Shown: in pieces, positions 55,350-64,000 of the stretch
Layout of the letters: each line of letters begins with the position of its first letter
Numbering within the stretch: position 1 is the stretch's first letter
Origin: a virus
Taxonomy: Duplodnaviria; Heunggongvirae; Uroviricota; Caudoviricetes
Strand: one strand, 5' to 3'
Length of the DNA: 64,000 bases
Virus record (IMG/VR): IMGVR_UViG_3300032116_012976
The notes under the pieces: generated by a model
What the model saw: only the letters and a program-made list of their open reading frames with translations
Told to the model about the DNA's origin: nothing
The model's database searches: none
Made by a program: the position numbers and the translations under genes

Positions 55350-56433
55350 AAGTAACAGCATGGACACTGATCTTTACCACGACATTTACACTAGCGAAAT
55401 TTTTGACACCAGCCAATGCATATGGCACGAAAATAATACCATGAATTTCTTTCACAGTTTGTTGATCAAACTGGGATATGAGCCTGTGCAAGATGGACAC
55501 AAAACATGGCGCCGTGGAGACCGTACTGTGGTGCTGTGTCTGGTAGACGACTACATCTCTACCACATACGACTATGACACACCAGTGGCATATCGATTTG
55601 ATCGCAATACCACAGTGATCACAGACAACTATGTTACCAGTCCAACCTTGTACAAGGTGTTTCAACTGCCATCCAGTTTCTTTGGCATCTATCATTATGA
55701 ACCCAAGCTGACCAATTTCAATCCCACACGCAGATTTAATTTTTCAGTCAATCGCATTGATTCCAAACGCATGTTGACCATGCTGGAAATTGCGTTGCGT
55801 TGTGAAAAGTATCCAGATGCTGAAACGTTGGACTTTATCAATTTCAACTGCTGGAGTTGGGAAGGTGACAATTCCACAGCTGAAGGATGCAATCAAAATT
55901 TCAGAGATGCCTACGAAAAACTAGAGCCACAATACAAAGCAGTGTATGGTGACACTTTTGAACGCATTGCTCAAACCATGCCATTTAAAAATCATGACAT
56001 GTCAGTTGAGCAGGCACACCTCAGTGCTTATGTGAACATGGTAATTGAAACCTACTCCAGTGACAGTTCAATTGCTCTCAGCGAGAAGATATTCCGTGCA
56101 TTGGTCACTCCGGCACCCTGGCAAGTGTATGCTGGCCGCCATGCAGTGGCCTATCTGGAAAGTCTAGGATTTGACACACTCAAAGACATTGTCAATCACA
56201 GTTACGATGTCATGATGGAAAACAAAACTGCTGCCTATGGTGACAAACTGGTTGAATACATCTTTGCTGGCGCAGATACATTTACCAAACTCAGTGCTAT
56301 GGATCGCACAGAACTGCGACATCGTTGCCTTACTGCCAGCAGACAAAATCAAAAGGTGCTCAAAGACATGAGTGCTCGTTGGCCTGCAGAGTTTGCCGCT
56401 TGGTTGCCGGCTGTTATAGACCATATCAAATAA
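55350..56433 (+). CDS. GT10-like (TEK-motif) glycosyltransferase paralog
   Basis: Block SEKIFRALVTPAPWQVYAG...LGFDTLKDIVNHSYD. The ORF track starts at 55318; the ATG at 55350 (MDTDLY) is an alternative. Confidence 0.4.
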
Positions 56434-56434
56434 C

Positions 56435-57976
56435 ATGTGTGGTGTTCTATACGTAAAAAGCACCACTGATATACCGCTAGAAAAGCACAACCAAGCTCTA
56501 GAAATTTTAAAAGATCGCGGTCCAGATTTTACCTGTTACCAACATCATGGTCGTGTGTTCTGTGCGCAAACAGTTCTGCACATCACTGGCAACACACAAT
56601 TTTACAATCGACAGTCAGATGATTTTTTTGCATTCAATGGCGAAATCTACAACTATCGCTGGTTTGGTTCCTACAGCAACGACACTGAGCTGATGTATCG
56701 TGCTGTAAAAGACGCACCAGTAAAAAAACTCAAATACTTTGAAGGACCGTGGGCGTGGGTGTATGCTCAAGGCGACCAAGTGATATATGCCACTGATCCA
56801 CAAGGCGAAAGATGCCTGTACAGATATCAAGACAACAACATACTGATTGTGAGTTCTGAGGTGGCAGCTATTTTGGTATACATCCGACCAAAATTACAAG
56901 ACATTGATTACACAACCAAACACTATCCAATTTGGCAAAACACGCCTTGGCAAGGAATTGAACGATGTGTGCCAGGTGTGATGTATGATCAGTCGGGCAA
57001 CACCACAGTGATTGACAGTATCTTTTCATGGGCCAAACCCAGTAGTATTCAAACATTGGACCAGGCCTGGGAAGAATATCAACCCTTGTGGGAACGGGTA
57101 ATCACTGACATGCGGCCAGAAACATCTTATGCCTGCACATTCAGTGGTGGGCTTGATTCTGGCGTGGTTGCAAAAAGTCTTCCACAAAGTCAGCACTATT
57201 ATACCACCAACATGCTGGGCAAAGACCCAGTGAGTGAACAATCTCAACGTATGTTGGAAGGCAGTCAACGAGACAAAATCATCAACATTGGTGTTACAGA
57301 ACAGCAATGGGCCGATGCATTTGAGCAAGTGTGTCGTCGCACACTGATGCCAGTTCAAAGCTACAGTTTTGTTGGCCAGTGGATAATTGCTCAACACTGC
57401 AAAGAACGTGTGTTGTTTACTGGTGTAGGCGCTGATGAACTGTTTGGTGGCTATGGCGTTTACTCACAGCTTGAATACACCACACAAACAAGTGCAAGTC
57501 CTTACAGTTCATTTGGCAATGACACTCACGCTCAACAACTGTGGCAACAATGTTTGCATGCACATCAAGGTCAAGCAGAGCCAGCCACTCTGTTGATGGA
57601 TTATATCACTCAAATTTGTGCAATAGACATGCGTGGCATTGACGTTTGTACCATGGCACATGGCATTGAACCACGCTCGCCATTTGTGCATCCTAAGATC
57701 ATTCGGTTTGCACTTGGCCTTCCCATGCACCTGAGGCGCGGCAAACCTTTGATTCGTCGACAGTTTTTGGCCTCCTGGCCTGAAGAAATGATACTTCCCA
57801 AAAAAGGATTCACTGGACATTGCAATGATTCATTGCCTTGGATGAAATTCACTGTGCCAGATCAGGCTCGGGCACCACAGTGGAAGCAAATTGTCAAAAC
57901 TGGATTTAGATATTATGCCAATCAATATCTTGATCAAACCACTCAGGACTTATCCGCACATGCGGATGTTGCTTGA
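56435..57976 (+). CDS. asparagine-synthase (AsnB)-family glutamine amidotransferase
   Basis: The N-terminus MCGV carries the Ntn Cys2. The PP-loop motif SGGLDSGVVA is present. Length 513 aa. Confidence 0.65.
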   Translation: MCGVLYVKSTTDIPLEKHNQALEILKDRGPDFTCYQHHGRVFCAQTVLHITGNTQFYNRQSDDFFAFNGEIYNYRWFGSYSNDTELMYRAVKDAPVKKLKYFEGPWAWVYAQGDQVIYATDPQGERCLYRYQDNNILIVSSEVAAILVYIRPKLQDIDYTTKHYPIWQNTPWQGIERCVPGVMYDQSGNTTVIDSIFSWAKPSSIQTLDQAWEEYQPLWERVITDMRPETSYACTFSGGLDSGVVAKSLPQSQHYYTTNMLGKDPVSEQSQRMLEGSQRDKIINIGVTEQQWADAFEQVCRRTLMPVQSYSFVGQWIIAQHCKERVLFTGVGADELFGGYGVYSQLEYTTQTSASPYSSFGNDTHAQQLWQQCLHAHQGQAEPATLLMDYITQICAIDMRGIDVCTMAHGIEPRSPFVHPKIIRFALGLPMHLRRGKPLIRRQFLASWPEEMILPKKGFTGHCNDSLPWMKFTVPDQARAPQWKQIVKTGFRYYANQYLDQTTQDLSAHADVA

Positions 57977-58622
57977 AATATTTTTCAACCCAATCCAAGC
58001 ATTGTGATTCGCTAGGAGTCACTGACCTAGTGCGAGAACTGTTGAATTCATACCAGTACAACCCGTATGGTGCCTGAGAATCTGTAAATCTAAAAGTAAA
58101 CAACTGTCCGGGATCTGCTCCGCACAGTTTGGCAAATCTATCAAAAGTTGTGATTGGTTCAAAGTCTGAATACAAGTGTGCTCGACTGTGATGTGTGGTA
58201 ATAAATCCTGGCACAGTTTGTATTTCGGGCAATCGTTCTAGACATCGCAATCGTGAATCTCCATTGCCAGCAAGATATGTGCCATCACCCTGATCTAACA
58301 CCAAAAATGGTTTTATAATGCCCTGTGCTCGTATGTCTCGTATCCACATGTTGAGCTTGACAAGATTGGCAATGTCATAGTGATTGCGCGGCTCAGCTAG
58401 AAACCCTGCTGGCCCATCATGATCTAGCCACTGATTGGCCCATTCGCAAAGATCATTCAGTCGTTGGTTGGTTGAAAAGTGTCGAAATTCGCAACTGGGA
58501 TTCCAGAACAAGCAATGCATGCCTTGATTTGAACTGATCTGAATGGGATCTTGTTTGCTGGGCCAGTGAAATTCCACAAGAGGATTATTCCAATACATAG
58601 ATCTACTTAGTAAATAGGTCAT
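57906..58622 (-). CDS. hypothetical protein
   Basis: A 238-aa ORF. Confidence 0.35.
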   Translation of the reverse strand: MTYLLSRSMYWNNPLVEFHWPSKQDPIQISSNQGMHCLFWNPSCEFRHFSTNQRLNDLCEWANQWLDHDGPAGFLAEPRNHYDIANLVKLNMWIRDIRAQGIIKPFLVLDQGDGTYLAGNGDSRLRCLERLPEIQTVPGFITTHHSRAHLYSDFEPITTFDRFAKLCGADPGQLFTFRFTDSQAPYGLYWYEFNSSRTRSVTPSESQCLDWVEKYFKQHPHVRISPEWFDQDIDWHNI

Positions 58623-59580
58623 GGACTATACATCTTTGTTTGCCAACACACTCTCTGGCTTGGGGTTTGATCTGCATGCAGTTTACAACTGCTTTGATCC
58701 GCCATATCGTCCAGAAACTGGTTGGCCGTTAAAGTTGCCCAACATTGAATTCAAACACAACACACTGCTGTTGTTGCATTTTCAAGATTTCATAACACCA
58801 TGTCAGGGTCGCATACTTGAACTGGAACAAGTAGAACGCCACTATGGCGCCAATGCACATCGTGTGCTGGTAACTTATTGGAGTCATAATTTACAAAAAT
58901 ACTATCAAGGACCAGTGAACCTTATCGAATTCAGCAATCACAACATGGCCACTGTGACTGCTATCCAAGCTCGTGAGTCACAATGGACCAATTCAATAAA
59001 TGCAAAAACTTCAGCATGGCAATGCCTCAATGGTCGCATGTGCTTGCATCGTCGACGTGCTGTGGACATCTTGCAACATTGGCCTAATGGTGTGTTAAGT
59101 TACGGCAACGACATTCCACTTGATGCTTGGGCTTATGACACCTATCGCGGCACAGAAAACGAAGATAACTTCATGCGACTGTTGCCGGTATATGCAAAAT
59201 GTCAAGTGAACATTGTGACTGAAACACAGTATGATGAGCCGCCAGGCATTGTGAGCGAAAAAACATTGATGGCGATGATTGCACAGCAGGTACCCATTGT
59301 GATTGGTCACCAAGGTATTGTGCAAGACTGTAGAGAGCTTGGGTTTGACATGTTTGACGACCTGGTGGACACCAGCTATGATAGCATGTCCAATGACGTT
59401 CGAGTCGAACAAGCCATAATGAAAAATCAAGATCTCATACTGGGAAAAATTAACCTTGCGCCATACCAAGAGCGACTGCAAAAACAAAGAAGTTTTTTGC
59501 TTGATGAATTTATAACTGGCACACAACAACGGTACATTCAAGACGTTGAACAGTTGGCTAAAAAACTAAGTGCGATTTAA
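58621..59580 (+). CDS. GT10-like (TEK-motif) glycosyltransferase paralog
   Basis: Block VSEKTLMAMIAQQVPIVIGHQG...LGFDMFDDLVDTSYD. Confidence 0.4.
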   Translation: MDYTSLFANTLSGLGFDLHAVYNCFDPPYRPETGWPLKLPNIEFKHNTLLLLHFQDFITPCQGRILELEQVERHYGANAHRVLVTYWSHNLQKYYQGPVNLIEFSNHNMATVTAIQARESQWTNSINAKTSAWQCLNGRMCLHRRRAVDILQHWPNGVLSYGNDIPLDAWAYDTYRGTENEDNFMRLLPVYAKCQVNIVTETQYDEPPGIVSEKTLMAMIAQQVPIVIGHQGIVQDCRELGFDMFDDLVDTSYDSMSNDVRVEQAIMKNQDLILGKINLAPYQERLQKQRSFLLDEFITGTQQRYIQDVEQLAKKLSAI

Positions 59581-59931
59581 AAACTTCAACCACTTTTCTA
59601 GATCGCCGTACATGGCCAACATCACTGCCTGCTGACTGCCAAACAAAACAATTTGCGGATGCTTGCCAATTTTAATGTAGTAAGGGCAATCTAACTTTTT
59701 ATCCAAGGTCAGTAAATGTTTGGGTTTAGCAACCAAGTCAGAAGGAGCATCAAATGCGTATGTTTCTAAGTCACAAGTACCAATTGCTGTATATCCAGCA
59801 TTGGTCAGTCTGAATCCGCCGCCATCTCTAAAGTTCATCCACCATGACTTGCAGGCTTCGTCGTAGGTCAGTTGGTCTTCCGACGGAAGACCTGTCAGTA
59901 TGCGTTCGGTAATCTGTTGTTTAGTTAACAT
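59566..59931 (-). CDS. hypothetical protein
   Basis: A 121-aa ORF. Confidence 0.3.
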   Translation of the reverse strand: MLTKQQITERILTGLPSEDQLTYDEACKSWWMNFRDGGGFRLTNAGYTAIGTCDLETYAFDAPSDLVAKPKHLLTLDKKLDCPYYIKIGKHPQIVLFGSQQAVMLAMYGDLEKWLKFLNRT

Positions 59932-60229
59932 TGGGGTACACTTGTTCCCCTTGTGTTAACAGCATGACTGTGAATTTGTCAGTCTTGAACTGTGCATTTA
60001 ATTTTTTTGCCAAATTTTTAGCATGCCCTGGATTTGAGAAACTGACTTTTTTGTACTTGGGTCCGGGGTATTGCGTAAGCATGTTACCAGTCTTGAGATT
60101 GATTGGCTTTTGATCGTAAAAGACCGCCCACACACCTTCAGAGGCCAATACTTGTTCGGTCTTATAGGTTTGTTTCTCAGTGTGCTCAATTAGAACTAGC
60201 GGTTTGGGTCTACTCATATTTTCTCCCAA
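59921..60229 (-). CDS. hypothetical protein
   Basis: A 102-aa ORF. Confidence 0.3.
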   Translation of the reverse strand: MGENMSRPKPLVLIEHTEKQTYKTEQVLASEGVWAVFYDQKPINLKTGNMLTQYPGPKYKKVSFSNPGHAKNLAKKLNAQFKTDKFTVMLLTQGEQVYPNVN

Positions 60230-60247
60230 GTTTATTTATCTAATAAA

Positions 60248-60463
60248 CTAGGTGTTTTTGAAGCTTCCGCCTGCGAGTTCTACCGTAATCACTTCATTGG
60301 AATTTGTAGCAGTGTTTGACCGTAGTTCTTCCAAAGTTACCAATAGCTTGGTAATGTCTGCATGCAGATCCTTAGCGTCACGAAGTGTCATGATAAAATC
60401 ACGTTGGTTGCGTGACTCATGCGCCTTGATAGAATCAACAAATCGGTGTATGTGTAAACTCAT
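60248..60463 (-). CDS. hypothetical small protein
   Basis: A 71-aa ORF. Confidence 0.3.
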   Translation of the reverse strand: MSLHIHRFVDSIKAHESRNQRDFIMTLRDAKDLHADITKLLVTLEELRSNTATNSNEVITVELAGGSFKNT

Positions 60464-60849
60464 TTTTTAAGATATGGGTTGAGATCAGGTGGCGTCCAGC
60501 CTACAGGTTTGAGTACCTTACCATCTTCGCGCTTGCGAACCTTGCCGGTGTCTCGATCAATCTTGGCAAAGTTAGTTTTCATGACTTCTTTCCAAGCACC
60601 TTCGGCATCTGCGCCCATACTGTGTAATGCACCAATAGTAACAACCAAAATGTCAATAAGTGCATCAACAGTTTCGACTTGGTCGTGTGCTGTGATTGCA
60701 TCAGCCAATTCGTTGGCTTCTTCTTCAATCAATGTAACATACAAGTTAAATTGATCTTTGTTAAACTCGTTGACACTTTGGTCGCAAGCCTTCATAAATT
60801 TTTCTTGATCTCTAAACGGATTGGTCATAAGTTCTCCCGAAGTTCCCAA
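60460..60849 (-). CDS. mazG: MazG-like nucleotide pyrophosphohydrolase
   Basis: Motifs LYVTLIEEEANELADA...VDALIDILVVTIG...AWKEVMKTNFAK (the EExxE NTP-PPase fold). Confidence 0.55.
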   Translation of the reverse strand: MGTSGELMTNPFRDQEKFMKACDQSVNEFNKDQFNLYVTLIEEEANELADAITAHDQVETVDALIDILVVTIGALHSMGADAEGAWKEVMKTNFAKIDRDTGKVRKREDGKVLKPVGWTPPDLNPYLKK

Positions 60850-61451
60850 AGTGCTACCCAGCCATTAGATTTTGGAAAATAACTGGTTTGTAATTTATGT
60901 GATATTTTTAAATCATATCCCATATTTGACAGTGATTGATTAATAATAAAGAAGGGAGTTTTAAAATTGACCCCACAATGCTTCCAAGATTTTCGAAGTT
61001 GTCTCGACCCGCTGATATTAATATCTTCTGGTAGATAAGCTAACGGATGCTCGGCAGTTACACAATCAAGCATTATGTATTTTGGTGTATTATAATTTAC
61101 AAATAGTTCCAACAGATGCAATGAACTATGATGATGATACAACACACCAAAACAAATTACAACATCAAATGGTTTAGCATCTCTCATAAGCCAAACATCA
61201 TCAACCACAACTTTGTCTACTCCAGGAATATCTTCTAATGTAGATTGGTGAACTATATTCCCTTCAATGCATTCTAAGTAACATGGTGCATGTTTTGCAA
61301 TTAATTTAGTGTGTTTTCCAACATGCGGCCCTACTTCAAGTACTCGAGCATTAGCACATACCTTCAAATAGTTTTCATCTATAAAATTATAATATTCAGT
61401 CTCATTACCAGTAACAGTTTTTACATCTTCTTTAAAGTCATAAGGATGCAT
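60825..61451 (-). CDS. SAM-dependent methyltransferase-like protein
   Basis: Motif I-like RVLEVGPHVGKHT. Confidence 0.45.
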   Translation of the reverse strand: MHPYDFKEDVKTVTGNETEYYNFIDENYLKVCANARVLEVGPHVGKHTKLIAKHAPCYLECIEGNIVHQSTLEDIPGVDKVVVDDVWLMRDAKPFDVVICFGVLYHHHSSLHLLELFVNYNTPKYIMLDCVTAEHPLAYLPEDINISGSRQLRKSWKHCGVNFKTPFFIINQSLSNMGYDLKISHKLQTSYFPKSNGWVALWELRENL

Positions 61452-61881
61452 TTGCTTGCTCCTCGGTGTAAAATGGTCCTTGATAGGTATAACGTTCTAG
61501 CACAATTAGTTTGGGATTCTGTAGCACTTTCCAACTGCGATGTTGTTTGATCGAATACCATCCGGCAGCAAACCATGATTTGCTTTTGGTTGTTTTGGTA
61601 AACAACGGCAATTTTAACTGCACATTCCACATGCCATTGTGTGTTCGGCAACCTGTAGGATAACCATGCACACAATCTTTTGGAATAGGCGTGACATGTT
61701 CTGGTTCAGCAAATTCAATGTTGGCCTGTCGGCGCAACATTCGAATGGTTTTAAATTTAGCAACCTTGTTGCGGATGGTAAGAGCAAACCCACCATCTAC
61801 AGCTTGAACGTTGCCAATTTTTTCATCGTCTTGTTTGAGTATCCAGTATTGATTGTCAATTACCGGTTTTGCTACTATCAT
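61438..61881 (-). CDS. hypothetical protein
   Basis: A 147-aa ORF. Confidence 0.3.
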   Translation of the reverse strand: MIVAKPVIDNQYWILKQDDEKIGNVQAVDGGFALTIRNKVAKFKTIRMLRRQANIEFAEPEHVTPIPKDCVHGYPTGCRTHNGMWNVQLKLPLFTKTTKSKSWFAAGWYSIKQHRSWKVLQNPKLIVLERYTYQGPFYTEEQANASL

Positions 61882-62912
61882 TTTAACACTCCTTGATATG
61901 TTTGATTCAGCCAGCGACCAATTGGTTCGGCTTGGTCACTCAGCTTGGTAAGCTCATACTTGCCACAGAACTTGAGAAAGTGTGCGCCCACCATCCCTAT
62001 GTCTTTGTTACTGACTTGTTCACCAATCACAGCATCCACAGTATCTTTTACTTCTTGTGGTTGTGCAGTAAGGTCAATTAGTGTGACATTGCGTTCGTAG
62101 TCTTCGAGCACCTTGTGTTCTTTTTCTTCGTGGTCGGTCCAACGTTGCAACATGAGATTGTTCCAATTGTAGCCTTTTTTGTTGCGATCTTCAAATGCTT
62201 CTGTAATGCCTACACGATTCTTTGTGCCTTTTACTGGTGCACCAGGGTATGCTGAGAACACATTGTCGCCGGGATCACCGCGCACACATTTCAAGAACAG
62301 CACCCATTTCTGATAGTCAGTTGGGGCCACAAAGCTCCGGTCGGCTTTGCCTACTTTGATCTTTGAATTGCTTTCGATTGTGAAACTCAATTTGTTGCCT
62401 TTGGCATCAGTTACGCCATCAATACTGAACAGGTGGTCGTTTATGCCATTGTACAATTGCACATTTGGTGCAACCAACTGAACGAAGTCTGAATCACTGC
62501 TGACAATAATATGTTCATCTTGGGGGTGTAGTGCAATCCAGCGGCCTATGATATCGTCCGCTTCTGCTGTTGCGCAACGAATCACGCTACAATTTGTTTT
62601 CTCAGACAAGTATTTAGTCAGCTCATCATAGGTTTCCCAAAACAACTTGTCCTCTTCTGCTTCAGTTTCACTCATGGCACCACGGGCCACAGCACGATTA
62701 GCTTTGTAGGGCTTGTAGTGATCTTTACGCCAGCTACGCCCTTCTAGTGCAAAAACCACATGGTCTACACCAAAACGCCTAGCTACTTTATTTGCACTCA
62801 TCATGGTCAAGTGCAGTGCAAAGCCTAATTTAGTCCATGTGTCGCTGGCCCTGTGTGCTGAATGGCGGGCACGGAAAAACATGTTAGCAGTATCAATCAG
62901 TAGATATTTCAT
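61878..62912 (-). CDS. 5'-3' exonuclease / flap endonuclease (phage RNase H-like)
   Basis: The N-terminus MKYLLIDTANMFFRARH matches the FEN/PIN family (LLLVDGSxLxYRA). Length 344 aa. Confidence 0.55.
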   Translation of the reverse strand: MKYLLIDTANMFFRARHSAHRASDTWTKLGFALHLTMMSANKVARRFGVDHVVFALEGRSWRKDHYKPYKANRAVARGAMSETEAEEDKLFWETYDELTKYLSEKTNCSVIRCATAEADDIIGRWIALHPQDEHIIVSSDSDFVQLVAPNVQLYNGINDHLFSIDGVTDAKGNKLSFTIESNSKIKVGKADRSFVAPTDYQKWVLFLKCVRGDPGDNVFSAYPGAPVKGTKNRVGITEAFEDRNKKGYNWNNLMLQRWTDHEEKEHKVLEDYERNVTLIDLTAQPQEVKDTVDAVIGEQVSNKDIGMVGAHFLKFCGKYELTKLSDQAEPIGRWLNQTYQGVLK

Positions 62913-63621
62913 TAGGGCGGTCCAGAAGTTTGTGTTCCTTCAAGTATTGTAACACATATTCCGACCAAAATCTATGACCATCGGCTCCAAAGTGATAACT
63001 TTTGGGATTCACATGCTCAAATCCGTTGTTTTTTAGTATGGCATTCCAACTGTGGTCTCTTGAATATGGCTCAATGTAATGCCCTTGCCAATCTCTTAGA
63101 TTAAATAAATCACTAAATGTACTGTTGCCACTGTAGAATAAATGTCGTACATTTAGATCTTTCAACCGACAATGCAGGTGCCATATTTTGTTATGCCATT
63201 CATCTGTTTTTTGAGTCCAGTTGACATCCAAAATGTACTGACGATACCTATCTTCAAGCTCTGGTGGTACCATGTCCACACCACTGGCGTTTACTTGATA
63301 GCATCGGCCTTCATACTCCCATTCTTCTCGTTCCCAAGTGGTCCATTGGATTACCATCACAGTGTCATACAAACGGCTATAGTTCTCATGAATCCACTTG
63401 TTAGTGGTACGCAGTATGCGGTCATTGCTGGCTGCTGACTCAGCATCACAGTAAAATTCAGTGTTGAGCATTCGGCTCAATTGCTTGCCCCAGCTGGCTT
63501 CCAAGTTGATTGGATGAGGTCTACGGTCAATGCCATATCTACCATCATCCACAGCAAAGCAATCAGGCACCACTGCTTCGGCAGCCGCTGTATGGCTGCA
63601 TCCATTTACATACAAGATCAT
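62893..63621 (-). CDS. hypothetical protein
   Basis: A 242-aa ORF with N-terminal LYVNGCSHT. Confidence 0.3.
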   Translation of the reverse strand: MILYVNGCSHTAAAEAVVPDCFAVDDGRYGIDRRPHPINLEASWGKQLSRMLNTEFYCDAESAASNDRILRTTNKWIHENYSRLYDTVMVIQWTTWEREEWEYEGRCYQVNASGVDMVPPELEDRYRQYILDVNWTQKTDEWHNKIWHLHCRLKDLNVRHLFYSGNSTFSDLFNLRDWQGHYIEPYSRDHSWNAILKNNGFEHVNPKSYHFGADGHRFWSEYVLQYLKEHKLLDRPNEISTD

Positions 63622-64000
63622 TTTTGTAGCAGTACTTTTTCGGTCTCTGCGGCAACCACACGCTTGCGCAGGCTACTGGATGAGAATGAGTGATCTCGGC
63701 CGTTGAATACTAGTTCAATCCCGCGGTCATAGCATTCGTCGCGACCGGTAAAGTCTTTGTGTTCGTATTCTACTCCCAGTACTCGAACATCTAATGGCAG
63801 AATTAGTAGAAGGTCACGTAGATCTTGTTCGGTTTGGTACACAACAACTTCATCAACGTAACGGCATGCAGCCAGCTGTATCTGTCTCTCCACAATACTT
63901 TGTATCGGACGATTCTTAGTCTCAGGCCTATCGATAGTTGGGTCCGTTTGGAGCCCACAGATGAGGTAGTCACAGTGATTTTTTGCTTCAGAAAGCATGG
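63618..64000 (-). CDS. cytidylyltransferase-like nucleotidyltransferase (RfaE-II/TagD-like), C-terminal part; the N-terminus lies beyond the window end
   Basis: ...RYVDEVVVY...DVRVLGVEYEHKDF...LVFNGRDHSFSSSSLRKRV resembles the C-terminal half of glycerol-3-phosphate / ADP-heptose cytidylyltransferases. Confidence 0.45.
   Translation of the reverse strand, partial: MLSEAKNHCDYLICGLQTDPTIDRPETKNRPIQSIVERQIQLAACRYVDEVVVYQTEQDLRDLLLILPLDVRVLGVEYEHKDFTGRDECYDRGIELVFNGRDHSFSSSSLRKRVVAAETEKVLLQK

Noticed and set aside
55290-55350. Plus-strand sigma70 promoter for the GT10-like gene at 55318/55350
   Set aside because: The candidate hexamers (TTGAAT, TATAAG) are 23 nt apart. No acceptable 16-18-nt spacing was found.

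Overview
The window looks like part of a large lytic bacteriophage genome, probably a marine T4-like or cyanomyovirus-type phage. Bacterial-type signals support this: Shine-Dalgarno sites, an encoded G-1 on tRNA-His, a C1:A72 initiator tRNA, rho-independent terminators, and a recurring sigma70-like promoter TTGACC-N17-TGcTATAAT found at least 14 times. Every promoter copy sits on the minus strand.

Layout:
- 1-21.4 kb: a translationally coupled island. It holds six paralogous radical SAM enzymes (N-terminal Cys4 cluster plus CxxxCxxC) interleaved with paralogous GT10-like (TEK-motif) glycosyltransferases. Also present are a carbamoyltransferase, two GDSL/SGNH hydrolases, an amidinotransferase-like protein, a DegT aminotransferase, an SDR epimerase, and a 1199-aa protein with about ten tandem ~88-aa repeats.
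- 21.9-38.5 kb: minus-strand auxiliary genes. These include ThyX, a vWA/HExxH protein with a MoxR/CobS-type AAA ATPase, membrane fatty-acid desaturases, Fe/2OG dioxygenase-like proteins, a NeuD-like acetyltransferase, a metallophosphoesterase, an RNAP omega (RpoZ)-like protein, a split rubrerythrin/rubredoxin pair and a SAM methyltransferase.
- 36.5-42.9 kb: a minus-strand array of about 24 tRNAs, with four more at 46.1 and 48.8-49.1 kb (28 in total). A sixth radical SAM gene and a small membrane ORF are embedded in the array.
- 42.4-46.6 kb: a low-coding stretch of about 3.7 kb holding only an N-terminally truncated ketosynthase-like ORF, long inverted repeats, a tRNA-like remnant and tandem promoters.
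- 46.6-64 kb: a porin-like outer membrane protein, a tmRNA/tRNA 3'-end-like minihelix, a third desaturase, an SPFH lipoprotein, a P-loop kinase, small paralogous proteins and a GIY-YIG endonuclease. Further along are two more GT10-like proteins, an AsnB-like amidotransferase, MazG, methyltransferases, a FEN-type 5'-3' exonuclease and a partial cytidylyltransferase.

No CRISPR array or structural (capsid/tail) genes are present in this window.
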